NCBI GenBank assembly: GCA_014332745.1
Contig: JACONL010000003.1
Coordinates: 38,207 to 102,206, forward strand
Source of the DNA: Alphaproteobacteria bacterium GM7ARS4
Lineage (GTDB): Bacteria > Pseudomonadota > Alphaproteobacteria > GM7ARS4
Reading direction: 5' to 3'
DNA: 64,000 nucleotides
The notes beneath the pieces were generated by a model, which made no database searches, was not told the DNA's origin, and saw nothing but the letters and a program-made list of their open reading frames with translations. The position numbers and the translations under genes are program-made. Below are positions 26,147 through 36,211 of this stretch, piece by piece (position 1 is the stretch's first letter; every line of letters begins with the position of its first letter).

Positions 26147-28288
26147 GTGCCGTCATGCCTCCATGTTTCATCCATAAGGGCTATGTTTTCCATCAATAAA
26201 AAAGAGCTGACGTGGGGGGGTGTTCCATTGTCTTTTGAGACGGGGCGTATTGCGCGCCAAGCTGACGGGTCTGTCTTGGCGTTTCTAGGGGAGAGTTGTG
26301 TTCTTGCGACGGTTGTGGCGGACACAGAGCCCAAGTTGGATATTGATTTTGTGCCGCTATCGGTCAATTACATGGAGAAGGGGTATGCGGCGGGGAGGAT
26401 TCCGGGTGGTTTTTTCAAGCGTGAGGGGCGTCCCAGCGAGCGTGAGACTCTTATCTCTCGTCTCATTGATAGGCCTATCCGCCCTTTATTCCCTTCTCAT
26501 TATCGCTATGAAACGCAAGTCATATGCACGGTTATGAGCTTTGACCAAAAGCATGATACCGATGTGTTATCTATCAATGCGGCGTCCTGTGCCTTGACTC
26601 TCGCTGGCTTGTTGGCAAAGGAGCGTATCGTTGCCGCCTCGAAGGTCGGGTATATCGATAAGAAATTTGTGCTTAATCCGTCTCTCGAGCATATGGAGAA
26701 TTCATCATTGGAGCTCGTTGTGGCGGGGACAAAGGATGGTGTTCTCATGGTCGAATCGGAAGCGTCTCAATTGTCCGAGCAGTTGATGTTGGATGCTGTG
26801 ATGTTTGGCCATGAGCAGATGATTCCCGTTATTGATATGATAAGCACGATGGCCGCATCGAGCGGCGCGCCACAATGTGAGGCTGTGCCGCCAACGCCCG
26901 AGATGGAGGCGTTGCGCCTTGAGATAGAGTCTTATGAAACAGCTATGTTGGCACAAGCCTATCAAACGAAAGATAAACAAGAGAGGCGTGATAGCGTCGC
27001 TGCCTATCGCCAATCGGTTATCACCATGCTCCAAGAGAAACATCCCGACATGGCGTCGGAGACGCGTTGGCTTTCATCTGTCAAATCCCTCTTGAAAGAG
27101 AAGGAACGGCATGTCGTAAGGGAGCAAATTCTCAAAAAAGGGGAGCGCATTGATGGGCGTCAGCGCAATGACGTGCGTCCTATTGTCTGTGAGACAGGGA
27201 TTTTCCCCCGCACGCATGGCTCGTCACTCTTCACGCGTGGTGAGACACAGGCGATCGCCGTCACGACTCTTGGTTCGGGGACGGACGAACAAATCATTGA
27301 CGGGATGACAGGGGGGACGCGTGAATCCTTCATGATGCACTATAACTTCCCGCCTTATTCTGTGGGTGAAACGGGGCGTGTCGGATTCACGGGACGGAGG
27401 GAGGTCGGTCATGGCAAATTGGCATGGCGAGCGCTCCATCCTGTGATGCCGTCGAAGGAGGATTTTCCCTACACATTGCGTATCGTGTCTGAGATTACAG
27501 AGTCCAATGGCTCGAGCTCTATGGCGACGGTGTGCGCGTCTTCTTTGTCGCTTATGGATGCTGGCGTCCCGCTTGCCCATCCTGTCGCTGGTATTGCGAT
27601 GGGGCTTATCAAGGAGGGCGATGATTTTGTCGTCTTGTCCGATATTCTTGGTGATGAAGACCATCTTGGCGACATGGATTTTAAAGTCGCTGGCACGGAA
27701 CAAGGGATCACCTCTCTGCAAATGGATATTAAAGTGACGAGCATTCATCGGGATATTATGCAACAGGCGTTGGCACAAGCCCGCGAAGGCCGTCTACATA
27801 TTCTCACCATTATGAACGATGTCCTCAGCCATGCGCGGAAAGAATTGAGTGTCCATGCTCCACAGATCCAGACGATGCAGATCGCCACCGACAAAATACG
27901 TGATGTCATTGGGAGTGGGGGTAAGGTTATCCGCGAGATATGCCAAGTGTCTGAGGCAAAAGTCGACATCAATGATGAGGGTGTCATCACCATTGCGGCT
28001 GTGGGCGCTGACTCTATGCGTAAGGCAAAGGATATGATCGAGAGCATCGTGGCTGACCCCGAAGTCGGGCGTATTTATCGGGGGAAGGTTGTCAAATGCC
28101 TCGATTTTGGGGCGTTCGTCAATTTCATGACGGGGCGTGATGGCCTTGTCCATATCAGCGAATTGGTGCCAAGGCGTGTTGAGAAGGTGACAGACATCGT
28201 GCGTGAAGGTGATGAGGTGAATGTGAAGGTGTTAGAGATAGATAATCGGGGCAAGATACGTTTGACGATGAAGGACATTCAGCAATAA
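26147..28288 (+). CDS. pnp: Polyribonucleotide nucleotidyltransferase (PNPase)
   Basis: 713 aa with two RNase PH domains plus KH and S1 (GRIYRGKVVKCLDFGAFVNF). The likely true start is MFSINKKE. Confidence 0.95.
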   Translation: MPSCLHVSSIRAMFSINKKELTWGGVPLSFETGRIARQADGSVLAFLGESCVLATVVADTEPKLDIDFVPLSVNYMEKGYAAGRIPGGFFKREGRPSERETLISRLIDRPIRPLFPSHYRYETQVICTVMSFDQKHDTDVLSINAASCALTLAGLLAKERIVAASKVGYIDKKFVLNPSLEHMENSSLELVVAGTKDGVLMVESEASQLSEQLMLDAVMFGHEQMIPVIDMISTMAASSGAPQCEAVPPTPEMEALRLEIESYETAMLAQAYQTKDKQERRDSVAAYRQSVITMLQEKHPDMASETRWLSSVKSLLKEKERHVVREQILKKGERIDGRQRNDVRPIVCETGIFPRTHGSSLFTRGETQAIAVTTLGSGTDEQIIDGMTGGTRESFMMHYNFPPYSVGETGRVGFTGRREVGHGKLAWRALHPVMPSKEDFPYTLRIVSEITESNGSSSMATVCASSLSLMDAGVPLAHPVAGIAMGLIKEGDDFVVLSDILGDEDHLGDMDFKVAGTEQGITSLQMDIKVTSIHRDIMQQALAQAREGRLHILTIMNDVLSHARKELSVHAPQIQTMQIATDKIRDVIGSGGKVIREICQVSEAKVDINDEGVITIAAVGADSMRKAKDMIESIVADPEVGRIYRGKVVKCLDFGAFVNFMTGRDGLVHISELVPRRVEKVTDIVREGDEVNVKVLEIDNRGKIRLTMKDIQQ

Positions 28289-28306
28289 CGTCCTTCACGG
28301 CATGGT

Positions 28307-28333
28307 GTATGCGGGGGGGCGTATGCGGGGGGT
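28307..28333. repeat. Short G-run tandem motif (gtatgcgggggg x2) downstream of pnp
   Basis: gtatgcgggggggc followed by gtatgcggggggt. It is related to the motif at 44971-45006. Confidence 0.7.
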
Positions 28334-28364
28334 GTGACATGCTGATGTCTTGGGAGAATGAAGT

Positions 28365-29768
28365 GTGATGCGTGCGATACGTCCCCTAATGTTATCTGGC
28401 AAGGAGGTTCTTCCTCTTATTGAGGGTGGTAAGGGCATCTCTATCAGTGATGGCTTGTCATGCGGCGCGTGGGCGCGTGCGGGCGGTGTGGGGACATTCT
28501 CTGGTGCTAATGCGTCAGATTATGATGAAGAGGGGCGCGTTATCCCTTATGTTTATCAAAGCAAGACGAGGCGTGAGCGTCACAGGGAGCTGGTGGAGCT
28601 ATCGGTGCGTGGCGCTATTGCTCAAGCCCGTAAAGCCTATGATATTGCTGGCGGGCATGGACGTATACATATGAACATTTTGTGGGAGATGGGCGCTGCC
28701 GAAGAAGTGCTTCGCAAGACGCTAGAGGGGGCGCGTGGTCTTATTCATGGTGTGACATGTGGGGCGGGGATGCCGTATCGTTTGGCGGAGATATGTGCTC
28801 AATTTGGCGTTTTTTATTATCCCATCATTTCGTCGGCGCGCGCCTTTAGCGCGCTATGGCGGCGGGCATACCATAAGTTTCGCGATATGTTGGGGGCGGT
28901 TGTCTATGAGGACCCATGGTTGGCGGGCGGGCATAACGGCTTGTCCAATAAGGAGGACTATGACAAACCTGAACCGCCTCTTCCTCGTGTTGTAGCATTG
29001 CGCCAGATGATGAATGGGTTCGGTTTGCATGAGACGCCTATCGTCATGGCTGGAGGCGTATGGTATTTGCGCGAATGGGAAGAGTGGCTTGACAACCCTC
29101 AGCTGGCGCCGATGGCGTTTCAATTTGGCACGCGCCCTCTCTTGACAAAAGAAAGTCCTATCTCTGATGCGTGGAAGGCGTCATTGTTCAAGCTCAACAA
29201 GGGCGATGTTCTCCTCCACCGCTTTAGTCCTACGGGTTTTTACTCTTCTGCCGTGAGAAATCAATTCATACGGGATTTAGAGGAACGCTCGAAACGACAA
29301 ATCCCCTACCGTCGCCATAGGGAAGAAGCGTTTGATACGGCTCTTGCCATCGGCACGCGCAAACGCAACGTTTATGTCCGTCAATGTGACATGCCGTCTA
29401 TACAGGCTTGGCACAAGGAGGGGCAGAGTGAGGCATTACGCACCCCTGAGTCGACTCTCGTTTTCGTCACGCCAGAAAAGGCAGACACCATTCACAGAGA
29501 CCAAGTGGCGTGCATGGGATGTCTGTCCGCATGCCTGTTCAGCAACTGGTCGCAAGATGCCTCTGGCACAACGGGACGTAAGGTGGACCCGCGTTCCTTC
29601 TGTATCCAAAAGACATTGCAGACCATCATTCACCAAGGGGACGACATAGACAATGAACTTGTCTTTGCTGGCCATGGGGCATACCGCTTTGCCTATGACC
29701 CCTTTTACAAGAATGGTTTCATCCCCACCGTTCAGCAGCTGGTCGAGCGTATCCTCACGGGGGACTAG
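28365..29768 (+). CDS. Nitronate monooxygenase / 2-nitropropane dioxygenase-family TIM-barrel flavoprotein (long form)
   Basis: 467 aa. The N-terminal PLIEGGKGISIS..GAWARAGGVGTFS and GVTCGAGMPY resemble NMO-family proteins. Assigned by eye only. Confidence 0.5.
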   Translation: MMRAIRPLMLSGKEVLPLIEGGKGISISDGLSCGAWARAGGVGTFSGANASDYDEEGRVIPYVYQSKTRRERHRELVELSVRGAIAQARKAYDIAGGHGRIHMNILWEMGAAEEVLRKTLEGARGLIHGVTCGAGMPYRLAEICAQFGVFYYPIISSARAFSALWRRAYHKFRDMLGAVVYEDPWLAGGHNGLSNKEDYDKPEPPLPRVVALRQMMNGFGLHETPIVMAGGVWYLREWEEWLDNPQLAPMAFQFGTRPLLTKESPISDAWKASLFKLNKGDVLLHRFSPTGFYSSAVRNQFIRDLEERSKRQIPYRRHREEAFDTALAIGTRKRNVYVRQCDMPSIQAWHKEGQSEALRTPESTLVFVTPEKADTIHRDQVACMGCLSACLFSNWSQDASGTTGRKVDPRSFCIQKTLQTIIHQGDDIDNELVFAGHGAYRFAYDPFYKNGFIPTVQQLVERILTGD

Positions 29769-29811
29769 TCCCCCCGTTGTTTATGAGGAGGCGACGTCTA
29801 GGCTGTCTGTC

Positions 29812-30195
29812 CTAACGCAAGCTCTTGAGATAGGCGATGACGTCTTGGCGTTGCTCTTCCTTACGTAAGCCCACAAACAACATTTTGGTATCTTTGATGA
29901 GATCCTTTGGCTTTTTGAGCCATATGTCTAGGGTCGCATCGTCCCATGTGACGTTGGCATCGAGGAACGCTTTAGAGTATTTGTATCCCTCTTTCTGTCC
30001 TGCCGCCTTGCCGTAGGTATCCCACAGATTAGGGCCTATCTTGTGTTTTCCTCCTTCATCCACCGTGTGGCATGCGGAGCATTTTTTGAAGATGGATTTA
30101 CCGGACTCTGGGTCGCCAGCAGCGTTGCTGGGTGACGCGTTGAGAACCAAGAAGGTAAGAATGACAGAGAAAACGTAAAGCATGTGTCTTTTCAT
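29812..30195 (-). CDS. Class I cytochrome c (c2/c550-like), periplasmic
   Basis: 127 aa with a signal peptide, haem motif CSACH, GPNL, and a distal Met in TKMLFVG. Confidence 0.85.
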   Translation of the reverse strand: MKRHMLYVFSVILTFLVLNASPSNAAGDPESGKSIFKKCSACHTVDEGGKHKIGPNLWDTYGKAAGQKEGYKYSKAFLDANVTWDDATLDIWLKKPKDLIKDTKMLFVGLRKEEQRQDVIAYLKSLR

Positions 30196-30308
30196 GGTAG
30201 AATACCCTTATATATTTCTTGTGCGTTCGTGGCATGGTGTTTGTCATGATGTTTTTCATGATGTTTCTCAGGGACAACGATGCCGTCAGTGATAGGGTGT
30301 AAAGTAGT

Positions 30309-31559
30309 GTGGTTGTGCGTGATAATCAAGTATTGATTATAGGGGGTGGTTTGAGCGGTTTGAGTCTTGCGTCTGCTTTGGGCTGTCGTGGCGTCGGTGT
30401 GACGTTGATAGAGGCGGGTCGGTATGCGCCACAGGACACGGCGGGCGATACGGATTTGCGTCATACGGCTGTTTCTTATGGTTCACAGCGTCTTATGGAG
30501 AGGTGGGGCGTATGGGATGAGGTGAAGGCGTATGCGTCTCCTATCATGCATGTCTGTGTTGCCGATGGCGAGTCAGGGGCGTTTCAGGACAATAGGCTCA
30601 CATTTTCGGCGTCCCATATGGCCGGCGTTGACAGGTTAGGCTCTATCATTGGCAATGATGTCTTGCGGCGGTGCATGTATTCTAGGGCGCGCTCTTATCA
30701 GTCTGTGTGCTGTGTTGAGGGCGTTGCTGTTGCGAGGCGTCGGGTGAGTCGTGATGGAGTCGTCCTTGACTTATCTGATGGCAGGGAGGTCAGGGGCATG
30801 GTGGTGGCGGTTGCCGATGGGCGTTTCTCTCGTTACGGACGGGAGTCTGGTATCGGGTATCGTCACTATGATTATGAGCAGAAGGCTGTTGTGGCTCTTC
30901 TTCGCCATGAGAGGCCCCATCATGGGGTTGCTGTGGAGTTTTTTTGGCAACAAGGGACGGTGGCGTTGTTACCGATGACGGATGACGAAGAGGGGCGTCC
31001 TCGCTCTTCCCTCGTTTGGAGTCTCAGTCAGAGGAGTGCTGAGGCGATGGTGTCGTGCGCGTCCTCTCTTTTTGCCTCCCATGTGGAACGTTATAGTCAT
31101 CGTATCTTTGGCAAGATGACACTGATAAGTGAACGACAGGCGTGGCGTGTGTCCCTTGTGCGCGCCCAGAATTTTGTCGCCGAGCGTATGGCGTTGGTCG
31201 GTGATGCATGTCGCGCCCTTCATCCTTTAGCGGGACAGGGCATTAATTTAGGGTGGCGTGACGTGGAGGTGTTTGCGCAATTGGTGCAAGACTACCAAGC
31301 ATGTGGTTTAGATTGTGGGAGTTCCACCTTATTGCGGACCTATGGGCAGAGGCGGGTGCGTGACTCCCAAGCCTTGATGATGGTAACCCATAGCCTTCAG
31401 CGTCTTTTCACGAGAGGACATCCCGCTCTTATTGCCATGAGGCGTCGTGGTTTGCGCATGGTGGAGTCGAGCCCGCGTGCGCGTCAATTTTTTATGCGCC
31501 ATGCCATGGGTCTGGGGCTAGGGCTAGGGCGGGGTCTGTCGGTGGATGGCGCATGGTGA
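30309..31559 (+). CDS. UbiH/UbiF/Coq6-family FAD-dependent monooxygenase
   Basis: 416 aa with dinucleotide fold VLIIGGGLSGLSLASAL and the motif ALVGDACRALHPLAGQGINLG. Confidence 0.8.
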   Translation: MVVRDNQVLIIGGGLSGLSLASALGCRGVGVTLIEAGRYAPQDTAGDTDLRHTAVSYGSQRLMERWGVWDEVKAYASPIMHVCVADGESGAFQDNRLTFSASHMAGVDRLGSIIGNDVLRRCMYSRARSYQSVCCVEGVAVARRRVSRDGVVLDLSDGREVRGMVVAVADGRFSRYGRESGIGYRHYDYEQKAVVALLRHERPHHGVAVEFFWQQGTVALLPMTDDEEGRPRSSLVWSLSQRSAEAMVSCASSLFASHVERYSHRIFGKMTLISERQAWRVSLVRAQNFVAERMALVGDACRALHPLAGQGINLGWRDVEVFAQLVQDYQACGLDCGSSTLLRTYGQRRVRDSQALMMVTHSLQRLFTRGHPALIAMRRRGLRMVESSPRARQFFMRHAMGLGLGLGRGLSVDGAW

Positions 31560-33922
31560 GGGAGCAGGTGACGTGGGATAGGGTGTGGGGCGTGTCATGG
31601 TGGGTGGGGACGATGGCGCTTGCCTGCGTGTTTTTTTCCTTTTCGCCAGACGATAGGTCGTTGAATGTGGCGGGGGATATGCCTGTTCAGCATGTGTTTG
31701 GTATTGTTGGTGCTTATGGCGCTGATATATTACGGCAGAGTTTTGGGTATGCTGTTGTGACGGCCATGCTTGTCTTTGCTCTATGGGGGGTAAAATATGC
31801 GGTGCATAGGCCGCCATGTTTTCTCAAGAGGCGTCTGTTTGCCCTTCTCTGTGCCTGTATTTTTGTGGCGAGCAGTTTGCATGCCATTGCGATGCTTCAT
31901 ACGGGCGTTCCCTCTTGGGCATTATGGGGAGGTATGATTGGCAAAGCCCTCTATCATGTGGCGGGTGCTACCTTTTCTTTTATCGGCATGACTGTACCGA
32001 TTTTATTGGCGTTGAGTCTGGCGAGTCTTGCTGGTGTTGCCTCTATGCTCTATGCATGTGGTTTGACGTCAGAAGAGTGGCGGTGGCTGGCCATGCAGAC
32101 GAGGCGCATGATGGGGGTCGCCATGCGCTTTCTTCTGACATGTATTGCGTTGCTAGGACAAGCTGCTCTCCAATTGTGGCATGGTATCAAGGGAGATTTG
32201 GATAAGCGCACGTCCTTTATGGCGTGGGGTCCCCGTCGCCGAGACTGGCATGACGTGGCGGTAGAGCGCCCCGACAAAAGCTATGACAAAAACGATATTG
32301 AAGGGACGAGGGAGACGCCGCTTGCGATTTCTAGTCCGCGCGCGTCCCTTCACCATGTGGCAGAATCCGCCCAAGCTCTTCCTTCAATCGATGTTTTGCA
32401 CAAAGAGCGTGAGGCGCATGACCATGCTGGCGTTCGCTCGTCTCTTGAGGAGCAAGCTGCGCTTCTTGTATCGTCTCTACAAGATTTCGGTATCAAGGGG
32501 CGTGTTTTGCGTATTGAGCCCGGTCCTGTGGTGACGCTCTATGCCTTTGAGCCAGCAGCGGGTGTGAAGACATCGTCCATTATTGCTCTCAGCCATGACC
32601 TTGCCCGCGCCCTCAGCGCCTTATCGGTGCGTGTCGCCTTGATGCCGGGGCATAATGTCATAGGGATCGAAGTGCCTCGTTCGCGCCGTCGTCATGTGTT
32701 TTTACATAGCCTCCTATCATCCATCGGTGATAAGGCACAGCATGCCAGTCTTCCCCTTGCCCTTGGCACGACCATTGGTGGCGATGCTGTGATGGCTGAC
32801 TTGAGCGCCATGCCACACCTTCTTGTGGCGGGGACGACAGGCTCTGGCAAATCGGTCGCGCTCAATGGGATGATCTTGACGTTGCTTTTCCATCTGCCAG
32901 CGTCTCTCTGTCGTTTTTTGATGATCGACCCGAAGCGTCTCGAATTGTCGGCCTATGATGGTATACCCCATCTTTTGACGCCCGTCATCACAGAGCCAGA
33001 ACAAGCGCTCTCGGCCTTCAAGTGGCTGGTGAAAGAAATGGAAAGGCGTTATGGCGTCATGTCGGCCTTTGGCGTCCGTCACATTGATGGCTACAATAAA
33101 AAATGCTTACGTCTTGCCCAACAGAATCGCCATGATGTTTTATCTCCTTCCGCCGTTCTTCATGCTGGTGAAAGCCAAGCGCCCCATCTCATGCCGTTTA
33201 TTGTGGCGATCGTGGATGAAGTGGCTGACCTCATGCTCGTTTCAGGACGCCATATCGAAGGCTCTATCCAGCGTCTGGCACAGATGGCGCGAGCCGCTGG
33301 CATACATATCATCCTGGCGACCCAACGCCCCTCTGTGGATGTCCTCACAGGCACGATCAAGGCGAATTTCCCGACACGTATCAGTTTCCAAGTGACGACA
33401 AAAATCGACTCCCGCACCATATTGGGTGAACAAGGGGCAGAGCAATTGTTAGGACAAGGCGACATGCTGTTGATGCAGCCGGGCAAGCCGTTGCAACGCC
33501 TTCACGCCCCTTTTGTCAGCGACGACGAGGTGGAGCATGTCGTCCAATTTCTCAAAGCGCGCCACCATGCTGTCCATGACGCATGTCATCCCGCCATGGA
33601 TGGCGAGACGCCAGCGCATGCCTCCCATAGCGCCCATGCTTCTTCCCCCCATGCCTCCCATAACCATGTCCCCCATAGCCATGGTCCTGTGCGCGGGACA
33701 GCGCCTTTCGTTCTTGATGAAGAGGAAAGTGAGGACGATAAACTCTATGGTCATGCCGTGACGTTGGTGCGTGAACATGGGCGCGCCTCTATCAGTTTTA
33801 TCCAGCGTCACTTACAAATTGGCTATAATAGGGCGGCGCGTCTCATGGAGCGGATGGAACAAGAGAGCATTGTCTCTCCAGCTGACCATGCGGGTAGACG
33901 CACCATCATACGTTCGCCCTGA
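31553..33922 (+). CDS. ftsK: DNA translocase FtsK
   Basis: 789 aa. N-terminal TM segments, motor domain with Walker A GTTGSGKS, IVDEVADLM, RAAGIHIILATQRPS, and a C-terminal gamma domain (ISFIQRHLQIGYNRAARLME). Confidence 0.95.
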   Translation: MVREQVTWDRVWGVSWWVGTMALACVFFSFSPDDRSLNVAGDMPVQHVFGIVGAYGADILRQSFGYAVVTAMLVFALWGVKYAVHRPPCFLKRRLFALLCACIFVASSLHAIAMLHTGVPSWALWGGMIGKALYHVAGATFSFIGMTVPILLALSLASLAGVASMLYACGLTSEEWRWLAMQTRRMMGVAMRFLLTCIALLGQAALQLWHGIKGDLDKRTSFMAWGPRRRDWHDVAVERPDKSYDKNDIEGTRETPLAISSPRASLHHVAESAQALPSIDVLHKEREAHDHAGVRSSLEEQAALLVSSLQDFGIKGRVLRIEPGPVVTLYAFEPAAGVKTSSIIALSHDLARALSALSVRVALMPGHNVIGIEVPRSRRRHVFLHSLLSSIGDKAQHASLPLALGTTIGGDAVMADLSAMPHLLVAGTTGSGKSVALNGMILTLLFHLPASLCRFLMIDPKRLELSAYDGIPHLLTPVITEPEQALSAFKWLVKEMERRYGVMSAFGVRHIDGYNKKCLRLAQQNRHDVLSPSAVLHAGESQAPHLMPFIVAIVDEVADLMLVSGRHIEGSIQRLAQMARAAGIHIILATQRPSVDVLTGTIKANFPTRISFQVTTKIDSRTILGEQGAEQLLGQGDMLLMQPGKPLQRLHAPFVSDDEVEHVVQFLKARHHAVHDACHPAMDGETPAHASHSAHASSPHASHNHVPHSHGPVRGTAPFVLDEEESEDDKLYGHAVTLVREHGRASISFIQRHLQIGYNRAARLMERMEQESIVSPADHAGRRTIIRSP

Positions 33923-33939
33923 GAGCACACGGACATCCC

Positions 33940-34650
33940 ATGACCATGACGTCAAGACGATATTTAAGAGCATGGAGAGGGGCGATGGTGTCAGCGTCAG
34001 TGTTGTGTGCTGTCTGTTTTTTGATGGAGAGCGATGTCATGGCGGCTGATGCGCATCGTGAGTCTGAGCGTGCTGTTGTGCCGATGGAGAGTGGCGCTCA
34101 TGTTTTGGTTTTGTCGCGGATACGTCATTATTTGAATAGCCTTCACCAATTCACAGCGCGTTTTTCCCAATTCACTGAGGATGGCGGATTTGCCAGAGGA
34201 CGTATCTCTGTGTGGCGTCCGGGCAGGATGCGGGTTGACTATGACCCTCCCGTTTCTCTCGAGATTATTGCCGATGGGCGTCATGTCTTTTTTCATGACC
34301 GTGCACGCGACACGGTTAACAGCACATCCCTTGGCAATTTCCCTGCTGGTTTTCTCTTAGAGCGTTATATCGACTTTGGCGGACGTTTTGACGTTACCGC
34401 TGTCGAGGTGAGTCAGAATGACATTCTGGTCAATGTCCTCGACAAGGATCACAGAGATATTGGCGACATTGAGCTCTTGTTTCACGACCGCCCGCTACGT
34501 TTAGCGCAATGGGTTATCCGCGACATGCGTGGCGCATCGACACAGGTGCGTTTGAGCGACATACGCAAGGTGAATTCTTTTGACCGTGACACATTTCAAT
34601 TTCGGCGTCCCGCGCAGAGTCCTTTTTCGCCTTCTAGGTCAAGGCGATGA
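33940..34650 (+). CDS. lolA: LolA-like outer-membrane lipoprotein carrier protein
   Basis: 236 aa with a signal peptide and FTARFSQFTEDGGFARGRISVWRPGRMRVDYDPP, in the position after ftsK that is typical of proteobacteria. Confidence 0.65.
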   Translation: MTMTSRRYLRAWRGAMVSASVLCAVCFLMESDVMAADAHRESERAVVPMESGAHVLVLSRIRHYLNSLHQFTARFSQFTEDGGFARGRISVWRPGRMRVDYDPPVSLEIIADGRHVFFHDRARDTVNSTSLGNFPAGFLLERYIDFGGRFDVTAVEVSQNDILVNVLDKDHRDIGDIELLFHDRPLRLAQWVIRDMRGASTQVRLSDIRKVNSFDRDTFQFRRPAQSPFSPSRSRR

Positions 34651-35393
34651 CGTTATCGTCTTCCATGCTTCCCCTTCGAGGAGCAGACACGTCCTTCATG
34701 GTGCGCGCTATTTATGGTGTGGGGCAGAACTACCATGCCCATGCCCAAGAGATGGGTATTGATAGTCATAAGGAGACACCTGTCTTTTTTATGAAAGACA
34801 TTCATACGATGGTCACAACGGGCACATCCATTCCTTATCCCCCTTCGACCCGTCTGTTGCATTATGAGGTGGAGTGGGTCATTGCCGTTGGACGCCATAC
34901 GGGCTATAGGGGGGATTCTCTTCACCATCAAGGGCGTGTCGTGGCGCCGCTTCCGATGCGCATGTCGAAGGAGGAAGCCACAGCGTCTATCGTTGGCTTT
35001 GGCATTGGCATCGACCTCACCCGCCGTGACATGCAGGAGGAGGCGCGCAAGAAAGGCATGCCATGGTTTTTAGCGAAGAATTTTCCGGGGGCGTGTCCAT
35101 GCTCTCCGTTGATAGCAAGAGCGTTGGTAGAGGATGAAGACGCATGCCATATCATTCTCGAATGCGATGGCGCATGCGTTCAGCATGGGTATCTCTATAA
35201 GCGCTTGTGGAATTCTGTCGATATTCTGTGCGAGCTCTCGAAGCATATCGCCATTCCCGATGGGACGTTGATTTATACAGGCACGCCAGAGGGCGTCGGT
35301 GTCGTTGACTCTGGCCGTTCTGTGCGTCTCCATGCGTTCTGCCCGCAATATGATGCTATGGATCTTGTTCTCACGGTGGGACGAGAGGCGTGA
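34647..35393 (+). CDS. Fumarylacetoacetate hydrolase (FAH)-family protein
   Basis: 248 aa with IYGVGQNYHAHAQEMG, YEVEWVIAVG and IYTGTPEGVG. Confidence 0.75.
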   Translation: MTLSSSMLPLRGADTSFMVRAIYGVGQNYHAHAQEMGIDSHKETPVFFMKDIHTMVTTGTSIPYPPSTRLLHYEVEWVIAVGRHTGYRGDSLHHQGRVVAPLPMRMSKEEATASIVGFGIGIDLTRRDMQEEARKKGMPWFLAKNFPGACPCSPLIARALVEDEDACHIILECDGACVQHGYLYKRLWNSVDILCELSKHIAIPDGTLIYTGTPEGVGVVDSGRSVRLHAFCPQYDAMDLVLTVGREA

Positions 35394-36211
35394 TGTCGCA
35401 GCGTTCTTTACGCGTTGTGACGTGGAATATCAATTCGGTGCGTTCGCGTGTTGATATGATGATGGGATGGCTTCGTCAGATGGACGCCGACATTGTGTGC
35501 TTGCAAGAGACAAAGGCGCGTCCGTGCGTTTTTCCCACACAGCTATGCGCCGCGCATGGCTATGCCTATCACCATATCGATGGAATCAAGCGCTATAATG
35601 GCGTTGCCATGGTATCTCGCCTTCCCCTTGTGGATAAGGCGAAACACATATGGTGTGGGCGTGATGATGCGCGCCATATTTCAGCATCTGTGCGTTGGCA
35701 TGGGCGAGACCTTCTTATCCATAATCTCTATGTGCCGGCAGGGGGGGATGTGGCGGATGTGGCATGCAATCCGAAATTTGCCCATAAGTTAGCGTTCATT
35801 GAGGAAGCGGGAGCGTTTCTTGCGAAGACGTGCCAGACATATCCCCATGCTGTCGTTGTGGGTGACTTGAATATCGCGCCTCTCCCGTGTGACGTATGGT
35901 CGCACGAGCAATTGCTCCGTGTGGTGTCGCACACGCCTATAGAGACACGCAGCTTATGCCACATGCAAGAGAGAGGACGCTGGGTTGATGCGGTGCGCCA
36001 TGTGTTTCCGCCGCCACAAAAACTTTATACATGGTGGAGCTATCGGGCGCGCCATGTGATGGCGAGCGACAGAGGGAGGCGTCTCGACCATATATGGGTA
36101 TCACGCGCTCTCTGTCCCCATATCCGCACGGCGCGCATTTTTCGCCATGCGCGCACGGATGTTCGTCCCTCTGACCATGTGCCGGTGCTGTTAGAGCTTG
36201 CTCCTTCCTAA
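35390..36211 (+). CDS. xthA: Exodeoxyribonuclease III
   Basis: 273 aa with LRVVTWNINSVRSR, CLQETK and a C-terminal SDHVPV. Confidence 0.9.
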   Translation: MMSQRSLRVVTWNINSVRSRVDMMMGWLRQMDADIVCLQETKARPCVFPTQLCAAHGYAYHHIDGIKRYNGVAMVSRLPLVDKAKHIWCGRDDARHISASVRWHGRDLLIHNLYVPAGGDVADVACNPKFAHKLAFIEEAGAFLAKTCQTYPHAVVVGDLNIAPLPCDVWSHEQLLRVVSHTPIETRSLCHMQERGRWVDAVRHVFPPPQKLYTWWSYRARHVMASDRGRRLDHIWVSRALCPHIRTARIFRHARTDVRPSDHVPVLLELAPS